Shown: positions 10,847 to 20,076 of the stretch, one piece after another
Layout: each line of letters starts with the position of its first letter
Position numbering within the stretch: position 1 is the first letter of the stretch
From: Candidatus Dormiibacterota bacterium
GTDB lineage: Bacteria > Chloroflexota > Dormibacteria > Aeolococcales > Aeolococcaceae
Direction of reading: 5' to 3'
Assembly: GCA_963716365.1 (NCBI GenBank)
Contig: OY970307.1
Span: 2,320,349-2,384,348, forward strand
Length of the DNA: 64,000 nucleotides
The notes under the pieces: model-generated
Database searches by the model: none
The model's input: only the letters and a program-made list of their open reading frames with translations
What the model was told of the DNA's origin: nothing
Made by a program: the position numbers and the translations under genes

Positions 10847-12093
10847 CCACCCACGTCGCCGCACCGAGCGCACTCGACGTCGCGCGGATCCGCGCTGACT
10901 TCCCCATTCTCGACCGGCAGATCGGCACGCATCCGCTCGTCTACCTCGATTCGGCGGCGACGTCGCAGAAGCCGCGTGTGGTGGTGGAAGCGGTCGACGC
11001 CTACTACGCGACGAGCAACGCCAACGTCCACCGTGGCGTGCACACGCTGGGCAACGACGCCACCGATGCCTTCGAGCGAGCGCGGGTTCGGGTCGCCGAA
11101 TTCATCGACGCTCCATCTGAAGGCCTCGTCTTCGTGCGCAACACCACCGAGGCGATCAACCTGGTGGCGTACTCGTACGCGACCCAGATGCTCGAGCCCG
11201 GGGACCGCATCCTCGTCACCGTCATGGAGCACCACAGCAACCTCGTGCCGTGGCAGCTCGCGGCGGAGCGACGCGGCCTGCAACTGGTCGCGCTCGGCGT
11301 CGACGCGGACGGCCGTCTCGACCTGAGCAACCTCGACGAGCTCCTGGCGCCGCCGACGCGCCTCGTCGCCATCGGCCATCAGTCGAATGTCCTGGGCACC
11401 GTGAATGACATCCGCACGATCACGAGCCGCGCCCACGCAGCGGGCGCCCTCGTCTGCCTGGATGCAGCCCAGTCGGTCCCGCACATGCCTTTCTCGACAC
11501 GGGACCTCGACTGCGACTTCATCGCGTTCAGCGGTCACAAGATGCTCGCGCCGATGGGAATCGGCGTGCTCTGGGCGCGTCCCGACCTGCTCGAGCGCAT
11601 GCCGCCGTTCCTCGGAGGCGGCAGCATGATCAGCCGCGTGACCCTCGAGCACAGCACGTGGAACGAGGTGCCGCACAAGTTCGAGGCGGGCACCCCCGAC
11701 GTGGCCGGCGCGGTCGGCCTGGCGGCAGCGTGCGACTACATCGACGGGATCGGCCGTGACCGCATCCACGCACACGAACTCGCGCTGACGCGTCACCTCC
11801 TCGATGTTCTGGACGAAGTTGGCGATATCACGATATTCGGACCCCGCGACCTGGAATCACGTGGCGGCGTGGTGAGCTTCAACCTCGCCGACGTGCACGC
11901 CCACGATGTGGGCACGATCCTCGACCGCCGCGGCATCGCCGTGCGCGCCGGACATCACTGCGCGCAACCGCTGATGGCCCGCTACGACGTTCCCTCGATG
12001 GCGCGCGCGTCGGTGTATCTCTACACGACGCACGAGGAGATCGACGCTCTGGGTGAAGGGCTGGGCGAGGTGCGCCGGGTCTTTCGCGTCTGA
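10843..12093 (+). CDS. sufS: Cysteine desulfurase SufS (class II)
   Basis: 416 aa: LVYLDSAATSQKP, SGHKMLAPMGIGVLW around the PLP lysine, and the C-terminal RAGHHCAQPLM catalytic Cys loop. Confidence 0.9.
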   Translation: MTTHVAAPSALDVARIRADFPILDRQIGTHPLVYLDSAATSQKPRVVVEAVDAYYATSNANVHRGVHTLGNDATDAFERARVRVAEFIDAPSEGLVFVRNTTEAINLVAYSYATQMLEPGDRILVTVMEHHSNLVPWQLAAERRGLQLVALGVDADGRLDLSNLDELLAPPTRLVAIGHQSNVLGTVNDIRTITSRAHAAGALVCLDAAQSVPHMPFSTRDLDCDFIAFSGHKMLAPMGIGVLWARPDLLERMPPFLGGGSMISRVTLEHSTWNEVPHKFEAGTPDVAGAVGLAAACDYIDGIGRDRIHAHELALTRHLLDVLDEVGDITIFGPRDLESRGGVVSFNLADVHAHDVGTILDRRGIAVRAGHHCAQPLMARYDVPSMARASVYLYTTHEEIDALGEGLGEVRRVFRV

Positions 12094-12224
12094 AGCGCCG
12101 TTTTCGGTTTCCGTTGGTGCGCAAGCGAACCGACGCGGGCCCGGTTTGCAACATACATGGGCGCGTGCGGTGACGGATGACACCGTTGCCGTGGGCCGGC
12201 GGGAATTCGGCACAGGGTGAGCGC

Positions 12225-13061
12225 ATGTTCAAGCGCTCGAGCATGGTTCCGCTCGTTCTCGGTGCCACCGTGATGTTCGCGGCGGCCTGGCCGATGTCCG
12301 CGTATGCGGCAACGTCGCCACGCCTCGGGACCGCCCTCAACTTCACGGTGCTCGGTGGATCCACCATCACCAACACCGGCCCCACGGTCGTGACCGGTGA
12401 GCTTGGCCTCCGCCCCGGTACAGCGCTCACCGGGTTTCCGCCCGGCGTCGTGACCGGTGTGAAGCACCTCACCGATGCGGTCGCGCTGCAGGCGAAGAAC
12501 GACCTCGTCACCGCATACAACGACGCGGCAAACTCGCCGACAACGTCGGACCTCACCGGCAAGAATCTCGGCGGCAAGAACCTCGTCCCAGGCGTCTACA
12601 AATTCAGCTCCTCAGCGCAGCTGACGGGCTCGCTGACCCTCAGTGGGCGCGGCGTCTTCATCTTCAAGATCGGCAGCACGCTGACGACCGCGAGCAGCTC
12701 TGTCGTTCGCCTCACCAACGGCGCTCAGGCATGTCAGGTCTTCTGGCAGGTCGGATCGTCGGCGACGCTCGGTACGGCGACAAGGTTCCAGGGGAATCTC
12801 ATGGCGCTGACGAGCATCACGCTGACGACGGGCGCGAACGTCACGGCCGGCCGCGTGCTCGCCCGCAATGGCGCCGTGACATTGCACACCAACGACATCA
12901 GCCGCCCCGCCGGCGCATGTCTCGCGGCATCCGTGAACACACCCGAGACGGGCGCCGTGACCTCGATCCTTCCAGGTCTCGGGCTCGCGATGGTCTTCGG
13001 CGGCATTGCGTCGGTCGCCATCGGCGTGCGCCGTTCGCGCCCGCGACGCGCTCTCCGCTAA
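12225..13061 (+). CDS. Secreted DUF3494 (ice-binding-like, IBP) protein with a C-terminal TPETG motif, hydrophobic anchor and RRSRPRR tail; the ORF track also allows a start at 12177
   Basis: Signal peptide MFKRSSMVPLVLGATVMFAAAWPMSAYA. The repeats LGTALNFTVLGGSTITNTGPTVVTGELGLRPGTALTGFPPGVVTG...GNLMALTSITLTTGANVTAG fit the right-handed beta-solenoid repeats of the DUF3494 ice-binding-like family. Confidence 0.7.
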   Translation: MFKRSSMVPLVLGATVMFAAAWPMSAYAATSPRLGTALNFTVLGGSTITNTGPTVVTGELGLRPGTALTGFPPGVVTGVKHLTDAVALQAKNDLVTAYNDAANSPTTSDLTGKNLGGKNLVPGVYKFSSSAQLTGSLTLSGRGVFIFKIGSTLTTASSSVVRLTNGAQACQVFWQVGSSATLGTATRFQGNLMALTSITLTTGANVTAGRVLARNGAVTLHTNDISRPAGACLAASVNTPETGAVTSILPGLGLAMVFGGIASVAIGVRRSRPRRALR

Positions 13062-13581
13062 CCCAGGAACGCGGCGATTCGCGCGGCCGCATCCTCGCGG
13101 ACGCTGAGCAATCCGTGGCCGATGCCGGGGTAGACGACCAGTTCCGCATTGCTGAATCTGCCGACCTCACGGCGGAGCAGGTCGATCTTCGCAAAGGGAT
13201 CGCGGTCACCCGACAGGAAGAGCATCGGACACGTGATTCGCGACCAGTGAGCGATTCGCAACTCCTCGGGGTGGCCGGGTCGATGCAAGGGATAGCTCAG
13301 CAGTACCAAGGCGGCGACGCGCTGTTCCGCAGCGAGCATGCTCGCCATCCGGCCACCGTACGAATGCCCGCCCACGGCCGCATCGGGATTCGCCGTCAGC
13401 GCGTCGCGGAACACTCCGACCGCGCGCTCGGCACTCGACTTCGGCAGGTCGAGCGCCCGCGCGACAACGCCGTGCACCGCAAGCGCGACGACCCACGGGC
13501 GCATCGACGCTGCGGTGCCGGATGCACCGTGACCAAGGAACAGGTCCTGCGGCGCAGGCCGCGCGGGCTCAGCCCTGCTCA
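13058..13581 (-). CDS. Alpha/beta-hydrolase fold protein (KANL3/Tex30-like small hydrolase)
   Basis: From the GTG at 13581 the protein reads VSRAEPARPAPQDLFLGHGASG...GGHSYGGRMASMLAAE...LLSYPLHRPG...LFLSGDRDPF, giving the nucleophile elbow GHSYGG. Confidence 0.6.
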
Positions 13582-14813
13582 CGTTCGAGGACCGGGAATG
13601 CTGTCGGTTGGACGACGTGCGATGCCGGCGCAGGACGGCCGGGGAGCCACGCCGCGCACACGAGCGCGCCGCACAGAAGGATGCCGCTGCCGCACCAGAA
13701 GGGGAGACCGCCGTTGACTCCGTACAACGAGCCGAGCACCGCGGCGCCGAACGCCATCCCCGAGAACTGATACAGGCCGCCGATTCCCATGGCCCGCCCA
13801 CGCAACGTCTCCGGCGTGCTGTCGCCGATCACCGCGAAGAGGCTCGGCTCGAGGATCACGGTGGCGACTGCTTCGATGGCACCGACAACCAGGATCACCG
13901 CGAGAATGCGGAGAAACGGATAGGTCGATGCGCAGAGCGCGACGACGAGCATGCCCGCCGTCACGAGCTTGCGCCGGTCGACACGGTCGGCAAGACGCCC
14001 GCCGGCGCGTGCAAGCAGCAGGATCGGGAGCGCGAAGAGGCTCACGGAGAGCCCGATGATGAGCGGGCTGTTGCCGCGCGCCGCAAGGTATTGCGGCCAG
14101 ACAACGTCGTACATCGACCAGATGGTGCCGACCGCGAACAGCGCGGCGATGGGCACGACGATGCCGCGAAGCCGCCACCAGCGGAACCGCTCCTTGTGGA
14201 TGGCGCTCGTGCCCGGCGCGGCGCGCGTCTCGGGAACGCGAAGCATCGGCCCGATGCCGATGAACATCGCAAGCCCGGTGACGCCGAACACCGCCGAGTC
14301 CTGCCAGAGCGCTGCAGCACCACCGATGAGCGGCCCGACAAGGAGTCCGACCATCTCGTACGCCTGGAGTTGCGAGAACCGTTGCGCGCGTTGGTCAGGA
14401 TCGCTCAGGTCGGTGAGCGCGGCGCGAAGCGCAGGCACGTACGCTCCGGCGCACGCTCCCATCAGGATCCGCAGAGCGGTAAGCACCGGCAACGTGCCGA
14501 TGTTGAAGAAGAGGAAGAACGAGAGCACCGCGTACACGAGGCGCGGGCCGACGAGGAAGGGCTTGCGACCCCAGCGATCGCAGAGACGTCCTGCCGGCAC
14601 CTGCACGAGCGTGTTGGACACGAGCGGGCCGGCGATGAAGATCGCGACGGCTATCGAGTTCCCGCCGCGATGCGCGACGTAGAGCGGCGCGATCGGGAAG
14701 ACCGCCGCAACGCCCGTGAACATGATGAGCTGGCCGATCAGCAGCCAGAACGCGGGGTCACGCTGGCGCTTGCCGGGGCGCGCGAGGACGTCAGTGCGAA
14801 CCATGGGCGTCAT
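13569..14813 (-). CDS. MFS transporter
   Basis: 414 aa with twelve predicted TM helices and the loop motif GRLCDRWGRKP between TM2 and TM3. Confidence 0.8.
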   Translation of the reverse strand: MTPMVRTDVLARPGKRQRDPAFWLLIGQLIMFTGVAAVFPIAPLYVAHRGGNSIAVAIFIAGPLVSNTLVQVPAGRLCDRWGRKPFLVGPRLVYAVLSFFLFFNIGTLPVLTALRILMGACAGAYVPALRAALTDLSDPDQRAQRFSQLQAYEMVGLLVGPLIGGAAALWQDSAVFGVTGLAMFIGIGPMLRVPETRAAPGTSAIHKERFRWWRLRGIVVPIAALFAVGTIWSMYDVVWPQYLAARGNSPLIIGLSVSLFALPILLLARAGGRLADRVDRRKLVTAGMLVVALCASTYPFLRILAVILVVGAIEAVATVILEPSLFAVIGDSTPETLRGRAMGIGGLYQFSGMAFGAAVLGSLYGVNGGLPFWCGSGILLCGALVCAAWLPGRPAPASHVVQPTAFPVLEREQG

Positions 14814-14867
14814 TCTCGGGGTGGGTCCTCAGGTTTTGCTCCTGGACTGTTGGACTACGATGGATCC

Positions 14868-15326
14868 ATGGCAGTCGGGTATACGCCGGTCGATGACGAT
14901 CTCTATCGCGAGATCATCCTCGACCACTACCGCAACCCTCGTCACCACGAGACAGTCGATCCGGCGGACCGCGTCATCGAGGCGAACAATCCGCTCTGCG
15001 GCGACGAGATCGACCTCAGCTACCGGCTCGCGGACGGGACCGTCGCCGCGATCGGTTTCACGGGGCGCGGATGCTCGATCAGCCAAGCGTCGGCAAGCAT
15101 GCTCTGCGAAGCCGTAACCGGCATGAGCGTCGACGGTGCGGCCCAGCTCGCGGAAACATTCCGCGCCATGCTCACCGGCAGCGGCGACATCGGCACGGCC
15201 GACATCGGTGATCTCGAGGCGCTGCGCGGCGTGCGCGCGTATCCGGTGCGTGTGAAGTGCGCGACACTGGTCTGGAACGCTTTGCTTGAAGGCCTCACCG
15301 AAACCGAGACGAGGACAGGGACATGA
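14868..15326 (+). CDS. sufU: Fe-S cluster assembly scaffold SufU (NifU/IscU-like)
   Basis: MAVGYTPVDDDLYREIILDHYRNPRHH...NPLCGDEI...GRGCSISQASASML...VRVKCATLVWNAL occupies the C-terminal 152 codons of the long spurious ORF 13608..15326. Confidence 0.85.
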   Translation: MAVGYTPVDDDLYREIILDHYRNPRHHETVDPADRVIEANNPLCGDEIDLSYRLADGTVAAIGFTGRGCSISQASASMLCEAVTGMSVDGAAQLAETFRAMLTGSGDIGTADIGDLEALRGVRAYPVRVKCATLVWNALLEGLTETETRTGT

Positions 15327-15664
15327 CGACCACGGAATCCACGACGCAGCCCGAGGCCAAGGCGTCCGACGAGCTCATCCGGGCAGCACTTGGCGAGGTC
15401 TACGACCCGGAGATCGGCATCGACATCGTGTCGCTCGGCCTGATCTACGCCACCAATATCGACGATGACGGGCTGCTCACGATCGATATGACCCTGACGA
15501 CCCCGTACTGCCCGATGGGTCCGATCATCGAGACCCAGGCTCACGCGGTCTGCGCGCCGTTGCCGGGCGTTCGCGACGTGCACATCAACCTGGTGTGGTC
15601 GCCGCCGTGGGACCCGCGGACGATGGCCTCGGACGAGGCCCAACTCGAGCTCGGCATCTACTAG
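15323..15664 (+). CDS. sufT: Fe-S assembly protein SufT (DUF59/MIP18 family)
   Basis: ELIRAALGEVYDPEIGIDIVSLGLIY...TPYCPMG. Its start overlaps the sufU stop. Confidence 0.8.
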   Translation: MTTTESTTQPEAKASDELIRAALGEVYDPEIGIDIVSLGLIYATNIDDDGLLTIDMTLTTPYCPMGPIIETQAHAVCAPLPGVRDVHINLVWSPPWDPRTMASDEAQLELGIY

Positions 15665-15701
15665 CCCGGCACTCGACGCCGGCCCGGTCGGTCTGGCATC
15701 G

Positions 15702-16079
15702 TTGCCGCACATGGAACGGGTGTTCACGCACGCGGAGGCAACCGCGTTGCTCCCACAGCTCACCGAGTTGCTCACCGCGCTTCGCCTCGCGCATCGCAAG
15801 TCCGCCGGGCGCAGCGCCGAGAGTGCGGCGCACGCCGTCTCCACGAATGGCTCCGCTGCGGCCGCTCTGACCGCGTCTGGGCCGTTCCACGACGCGCAAC
15901 GTCTCACTGGTCAGATCGAGGATCTCGGCGTCATCCTGCGCGATCCAGCGACCGGTCTCGTCGACTTCGCCGCCGTCCGCGACGGTGGTCCGGTCTATCT
16001 CTGCTGGCGGCTCGGTGAGGACCGGATCGGGTTCTGGCATCCTCGCGACACCGGATTCATGGGCCGGCTGCCGCTCTGA
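15702..16079 (+). CDS. DUF2203-family protein
   Basis: MERVFTHAEATALLPQLTELL and PATGLVDFAAVRDGGPVYLCWRLGEDRIGFWH match the DUF2203 pattern. Confidence 0.55.
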   Translation: MPHMERVFTHAEATALLPQLTELLTALRLAHRKSAGRSAESAAHAVSTNGSAAAALTASGPFHDAQRLTGQIEDLGVILRDPATGLVDFAAVRDGGPVYLCWRLGEDRIGFWHPRDTGFMGRLPL

Positions 16080-16093
16080 GCGCCGCACGGCCG

Positions 16094-16771
16094 TCAGGCC
16101 GGGGCTTCGAACTCAGCCAGCTTCAGGACGTCCTCGCGGGTCATGCGCAGGAACAGGGCCAGATCATCGCTGCGATCGAGGAAGCGCACCTGCACGACCA
16201 CGTCGTGCTTGAAGAAGCCGACCGGCCGGACCACGATGCCGACGAGTTCCCCCTCGTCGAACAGGACGTCCTGCACCGTTCCGAGCTTGTCGCCCTCGTG
16301 TCCGATCATCACGTTCTCGCCGTGGCGGATCTCGATATCGCCTGCGGCCTTGTCGGCAGTCTCATCGAGGCGCGGGAAGAAGGGACCGCCACCGAGGGGG
16401 GCGCCGACCATCGCTGCGGCGTAGCGCCACTGGTCGCCCGGCTGCAGCGGCTGGTACTGGTAGCTGAGATAGGGCGGCAACCCGCGAGTTGCCCGCTTGT
16501 CGAGCTTGAGGCGCACATCGCCCTGCGTGATGCTGTCGACGGCGTCGAGCGGGACGATCACCTCGGCGACCATCATCCCTGCGCCGGGCGCCAGCACCCG
16601 TCCGGAGAACCACTCCGTCTCGCGCACGATCAGCGCATGGGGATCCCACGACTCGCCGTCGACCACGACGCGCTCCAGCGTCCCGGCGTGGTGACCGTCG
16701 GAGGTGTGCACCGACGCGCCGAGATGGAAGGCGTCGAGCCGGTGCCCGGACGTCTCAGGCCCAGTGCTCAC
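16094..16771 (-). CDS. PRC-barrel domain protein (two PRC-barrel repeats)
   Basis: Tandem repeats (HLGASVHTSDGHHAGTLERVVVD and VMIGHEGDKLGTVQDVLFDE) with a GTG start and a GGAGG ribosome-binding site 6 nt upstream. Confidence 0.6.
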   Translation of the reverse strand: MSTGPETSGHRLDAFHLGASVHTSDGHHAGTLERVVVDGESWDPHALIVRETEWFSGRVLAPGAGMMVAEVIVPLDAVDSITQGDVRLKLDKRATRGLPPYLSYQYQPLQPGDQWRYAAAMVGAPLGGGPFFPRLDETADKAAGDIEIRHGENVMIGHEGDKLGTVQDVLFDEGELVGIVVRPVGFFKHDVVVQVRFLDRSDDLALFLRMTREDVLKLAEFEAPA

Positions 16772-17066
16772 GACAAACCTCCGAACTTGGATACACTTTC
16801 AGTGCGTCTCTCGGCCCGGACCCGTCCCGCCTCAAACACGACGCAATGCGGAAGCGGTGCCGTGGCACTCAGGCAAAAGGAGGACCATCGCCAATGAACG
16901 ATTGTTCGAGTACGACTTCCTTCCCGACCAGCGCTTGGGTGGAGAACTGACCGCAGGGAGCCAGGTCACCACTCGGAGAGAGGCGCAAACCGTCGCACTC
17001 GGCGGTCTCTCCACTCACTCGCGCTAACCGCGGCGTAGCCGCGGCTCGAGCCAATCACCGGCTTCA

Positions 17067-17714
17067 TCAGGTGAAACGCGCCGTCTCGGTCTGCGCCGCG
17101 CGGGTCGAGACGGACGGCGACGGGACGATCTGATCGGTTTCGACCCATCCCTCGTCCGCGTCGGCGACGCGTACCTTCACGAACTGTCCTTCGCGCTCCG
17201 CGAGCGCCACAACCTCGGTCGCGGTGAAGATCTCGCGGCCTCGTGCGGCGTCGTGGCGCGGCTCGGTGAACAGTCGGTATGGCATGCCTGCCCACGATGC
17301 GACCAGCGTCACCGGACCGGGTGGGATACGCCGATCGCGATACACAGTCCGCGAGTTGGTTGCACCGACCGTCAGGAGCCGGACCACCTGGAGCGCCCGG
17401 CTGGTCGGGCCACCGTCGGCTTTGCCCATTGCCTTGGCGATGAGACCGCCGCCCGAGCTCGCCTCGACTTCCACGGCCGTGCCCTCGGTGACCTCCACGG
17501 CGCGGACACGCACCCAGCGGATGCGTACTTTTGGCTTCGCCCAGTTGCCGAACAGCCCGCGGCGGCGATGCTCGACGATGCGCGCCTCACTGTCGCCGAC
17601 GATCTCGTAGCGGTACGGGGGGCTGCCGATCATCTGCTCCATCACCGCGAAAACCTCGCGCGGTGGCGCGGCGGCGATGAGCCGCCAAGTGTGAGCGGAG
17701 GGAGCCAGCATCGT
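17067..17714 (-). CDS. Hypothetical protein with a C-terminal SH3-like region
   Basis: Internal start MLAPSAHTW; the upstream part of ORF 17067..18155 is low-complexity junk. Confidence 0.35.
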   Translation of the reverse strand, partial: TMLAPSAHTWRLIAAAPPREVFAVMEQMIGSPPYRYEIVGDSEARIVEHRRRGLFGNWAKPKVRIRWVRVRAVEVTEGTAVEVEASSGGGLIAKAMGKADGGPTSRALQVVRLLTVGATNSRTVYRDRRIPPGPVTLVASWAGMPYRLFTEPRHDAARGREIFTATEVVALAEREGQFVKVRVADADEGWVETDQIVPSPSVSTRAAQTETARFT

Positions 17715-17736
17715 CCCGGATTGTAGCGGGGCGTGC

Positions 17737-18327
17737 TCACGCGCCCGACGGCGCGCTCGGGTCCTCTCCGGGACTGCGATCGATGCGATAGCGCTCACAC
17801 ATGCTGTCGAAGCGAGCCGCGGTATAGGCATCCAGCAGGCCACGATGGCGCTCGACGAGCGGAACGATCTCGTCGCGCAGGTATCGGCCCCGAGCCGACC
17901 ACTGGTAGTAGGAACGTCCGCCGTGGTGATACGGGCCGTAGAGCCGGCTTCCAGGATAGGTCCGCCGGAGCCACTCGAAGGTCTGTTCGTGACGGACGTG
18001 CATGCGGAGCGTGACCTGGGGTTGGCGGCCGTCGCCTCCGAAATGGCCCTCGCCGACGAGCAGGCCCACGAGAAATCCCGTCGCAAGGTCATCCGGTGGG
18101 CTCGCTGCCGGTTCGTCCACACCCTCACGGTATTGGAAGGGTGTTTCACCGTCAAGTTCAGCGTGGAACAGTCCCGCGAGGCCTATGTGCGGCGCTCTTG
18201 AGTTTTCCACAGGAGGCGGCACTTTTCGACAGGCCTCCAACTCGGAGACGCGCGACGCCACGCTGAAAGGCCTGGGGAAACTCGGGATAACTCGAGGTCC
18301 GGGTGATCGCCACGGCGATCCGCCCAT
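17737..18327 (-). CDS. Free-standing LAGLIDADG-type homing-endonuclease-like protein; the start is uncertain and the protein may begin internally
   Basis: Two LAGLIDADG-like motifs (HIGLAGLFHAELDG and GFLVGLLVGEGHFGG), followed by YYQWSARGRYLRDEIVPLVERH, which resembles the conserved C-terminal block of the family. Confidence 0.5.
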   Translation of the reverse strand: MGGSPWRSPGPRVIPSFPRPFSVASRVSELEACRKVPPPVENSRAPHIGLAGLFHAELDGETPFQYREGVDEPAASPPDDLATGFLVGLLVGEGHFGGDGRQPQVTLRMHVRHEQTFEWLRRTYPGSRLYGPYHHGGRSYYQWSARGRYLRDEIVPLVERHRGLLDAYTAARFDSMCERYRIDRSPGEDPSAPSGA

Positions 18328-18342
18328 AATCAGCCGCTAACC

Positions 18343-19152
18343 GTGCCACCCACCATCCTCGCCGTCGCAAATCAGAAGGGCGGTGTCGGCAAGACCACCA
18401 CAGCCGTCAGCGTTGGTGCCGCCCTGGCCGAGATGGGCCGAAAGGTGCTCCTGATCGACATCGACCCCCAGGCCAACGCCACCTCGGGCGTCGGTATCGA
18501 TCGCAGCCGCGTCGAAACCAGCATCTACGACGTGGTGGTCCTCGGCCGATCCCTGTCGGACGCGAGGCTCCATACAGCCGTCGAGGGCCTGGACATCGTC
18601 CCCTCTGACATCGCGTTGGCCGGCTCGGAGATCGAGCTCGTCGATCTCGCGCGCCGTGAACGCCGGCTGCAATACGCGCTCGAATCGCTCGAGTCCAACG
18701 ACGACTATGTCCTCATCGACGCGCCGCCGAGCCTCGGGCTCCTCACGGTCAATGCGGTGGTGGCCGCCGAGGCGCTGCTCATCCCGATCCAGTGCGAGTT
18801 CTACGCGCTGGAGGGACTGGGGCTGCTCATGCACACGCTGGCCCTGCTCCGGCGCGAGCTCAATCCAACCCTCGGGGTCGCCGGGATCGTCATGACGCTC
18901 TTCGATGCCCGCCTCGCCCTGGCGCACCAGGTGGTGGACGAAGTCCGCGCCCGCTTCGGCGATCAGCTGCTCACGCCGCTCATTCCCCGCAACGTCCGGC
19001 TCAGCGAGGCACCGAGTCACGGCATGCCCATCACCCTGTACGACCCGACGTGTCGCGGCGCGATCGCGTATCGCGAGCTCAGCGCCAATCTCGACGCTCG
19101 CGTCCAGGCCAAGAAAACCCTTATGGGAGCAGAGGTTTCGAGCCCGGTATGA
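18343..19152 (+). CDS. parA: Chromosome partitioning ATPase ParA (Soj)
   Basis: Deviant Walker A KGGVGKTTTAV. Length 269 aa, GTG start. Confidence 0.9.
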   Translation: MPPTILAVANQKGGVGKTTTAVSVGAALAEMGRKVLLIDIDPQANATSGVGIDRSRVETSIYDVVVLGRSLSDARLHTAVEGLDIVPSDIALAGSEIELVDLARRERRLQYALESLESNDDYVLIDAPPSLGLLTVNAVVAAEALLIPIQCEFYALEGLGLLMHTLALLRRELNPTLGVAGIVMTLFDARLALAHQVVDEVRARFGDQLLTPLIPRNVRLSEAPSHGMPITLYDPTCRGAIAYRELSANLDARVQAKKTLMGAEVSSPV

Positions 19153-20063
19153 GCGAGGACACGGCAGCGCCGCGCGCGTTCCGGCGACGCGGCCTCGGGC
19201 GCGGGCTTGAGGCGCTCCTCAGCAACGAATCCGAGGTGGCGGCCGAAGGCCCGCCGCTGGTTAACGTCGACCCACGTTCGGTCGCCCCCAACCCCGAGCA
19301 GCCGCGCCGCGCTTTCGACCCCGAGTCGCTCCATGCGCTCGGGGATTCGATCCGCCTTCACGGACTGCTCCATCCGATCGTGGTGCAGCGCGACGGCGAC
19401 GCCTATCGCCTGGTCGCGGGCGAGCGCCGTCTCCGCGCGGCGCAACTCGCCGGCGTCTCCAGCATCCCTGCGATCGTCCGGCCCGCCGCCGAATCGGGAC
19501 GCCAGTCGCTCGAGGTCGCGCTCACCGAGAACCTCGTCCGCAGCGATCTCAACCCGATGGAGGAGGCCGCCGCCTACGCCCGCCTCTCGGACGCGTTTGG
19601 GCTGACCCACGAGGCGATCGCGCTCAGGCTCGGTCGTACTCGATCCGGCGTCTCCAACGCGATCCGCCTGCTCAACCTCCCCGCCCCGGTGCAGGAAGCC
19701 GTGGCTGAATCGCGGCTCACCGCAGGTCACGCCCGCGCGCTGCTCGTCCTGCCGAACGCATCCGATCAGGAGGCGCTCGCGGCGGTGGTCATCGCCGACG
19801 GGCTCAGCGTGCGAGAGACCGAGCAAGCCGTCCGCGAGCGGCTCGAACGAGAGACAGCACCTGCACGACCTCGCCCGGCCACGCCCGAGCCGGCTCCGCT
19901 CACACCGGATGACGCCGCGTTGCGGCGCGGCCTCGAGCAGGCGCTCGGCGTCTCGGTCCGCTTGCAGCGCCGCAAAGGTGGCGGCGGCAGGCTCGTCATC
20001 GACTGGGCCGAGGACGCGGACCTGGATGCCCTTTACGAGAGGTTGGGCGGCCCGCCGCTCTGA
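19149..20063 (+). CDS. parB: Chromosome partitioning protein ParB (Spo0J)
   Basis: MSEDTAAPRAFRRRGLGRGLEALL and the ParB box GERRLRAA, with an HTH. The ATGA overlaps the parA stop. Confidence 0.9.
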   Translation: MSEDTAAPRAFRRRGLGRGLEALLSNESEVAAEGPPLVNVDPRSVAPNPEQPRRAFDPESLHALGDSIRLHGLLHPIVVQRDGDAYRLVAGERRLRAAQLAGVSSIPAIVRPAAESGRQSLEVALTENLVRSDLNPMEEAAAYARLSDAFGLTHEAIALRLGRTRSGVSNAIRLLNLPAPVQEAVAESRLTAGHARALLVLPNASDQEALAAVVIADGLSVRETEQAVRERLERETAPARPRPATPEPAPLTPDDAALRRGLEQALGVSVRLQRRKGGGGRLVIDWAEDADLDALYERLGGPPL

Positions 20064-20076
20064 CGGGACCCCGGGG

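Noticed and set aside
11776-11782. GAACTCG heptamer as a universal frameshift marker
   Set aside because: At least ten GAACTCG/CGAGTTC occurrences (sufS, IDH-family gene, OmpR regulator, MTase 2, citE, helicase, both GGDEF genes) sit in intact frames. Only the subset interpretable as GANTC plus an extra A coincides with frame breaks, so the heptamer itself is not diagnostic.
13608-15326. 572-aa plus-strand ORF
   Set aside because: Only the last 152 codons (14868..15326) encode SufU. The remainder is antisense to the MFS transporter and translates to Arg/Glu/Asp junk.
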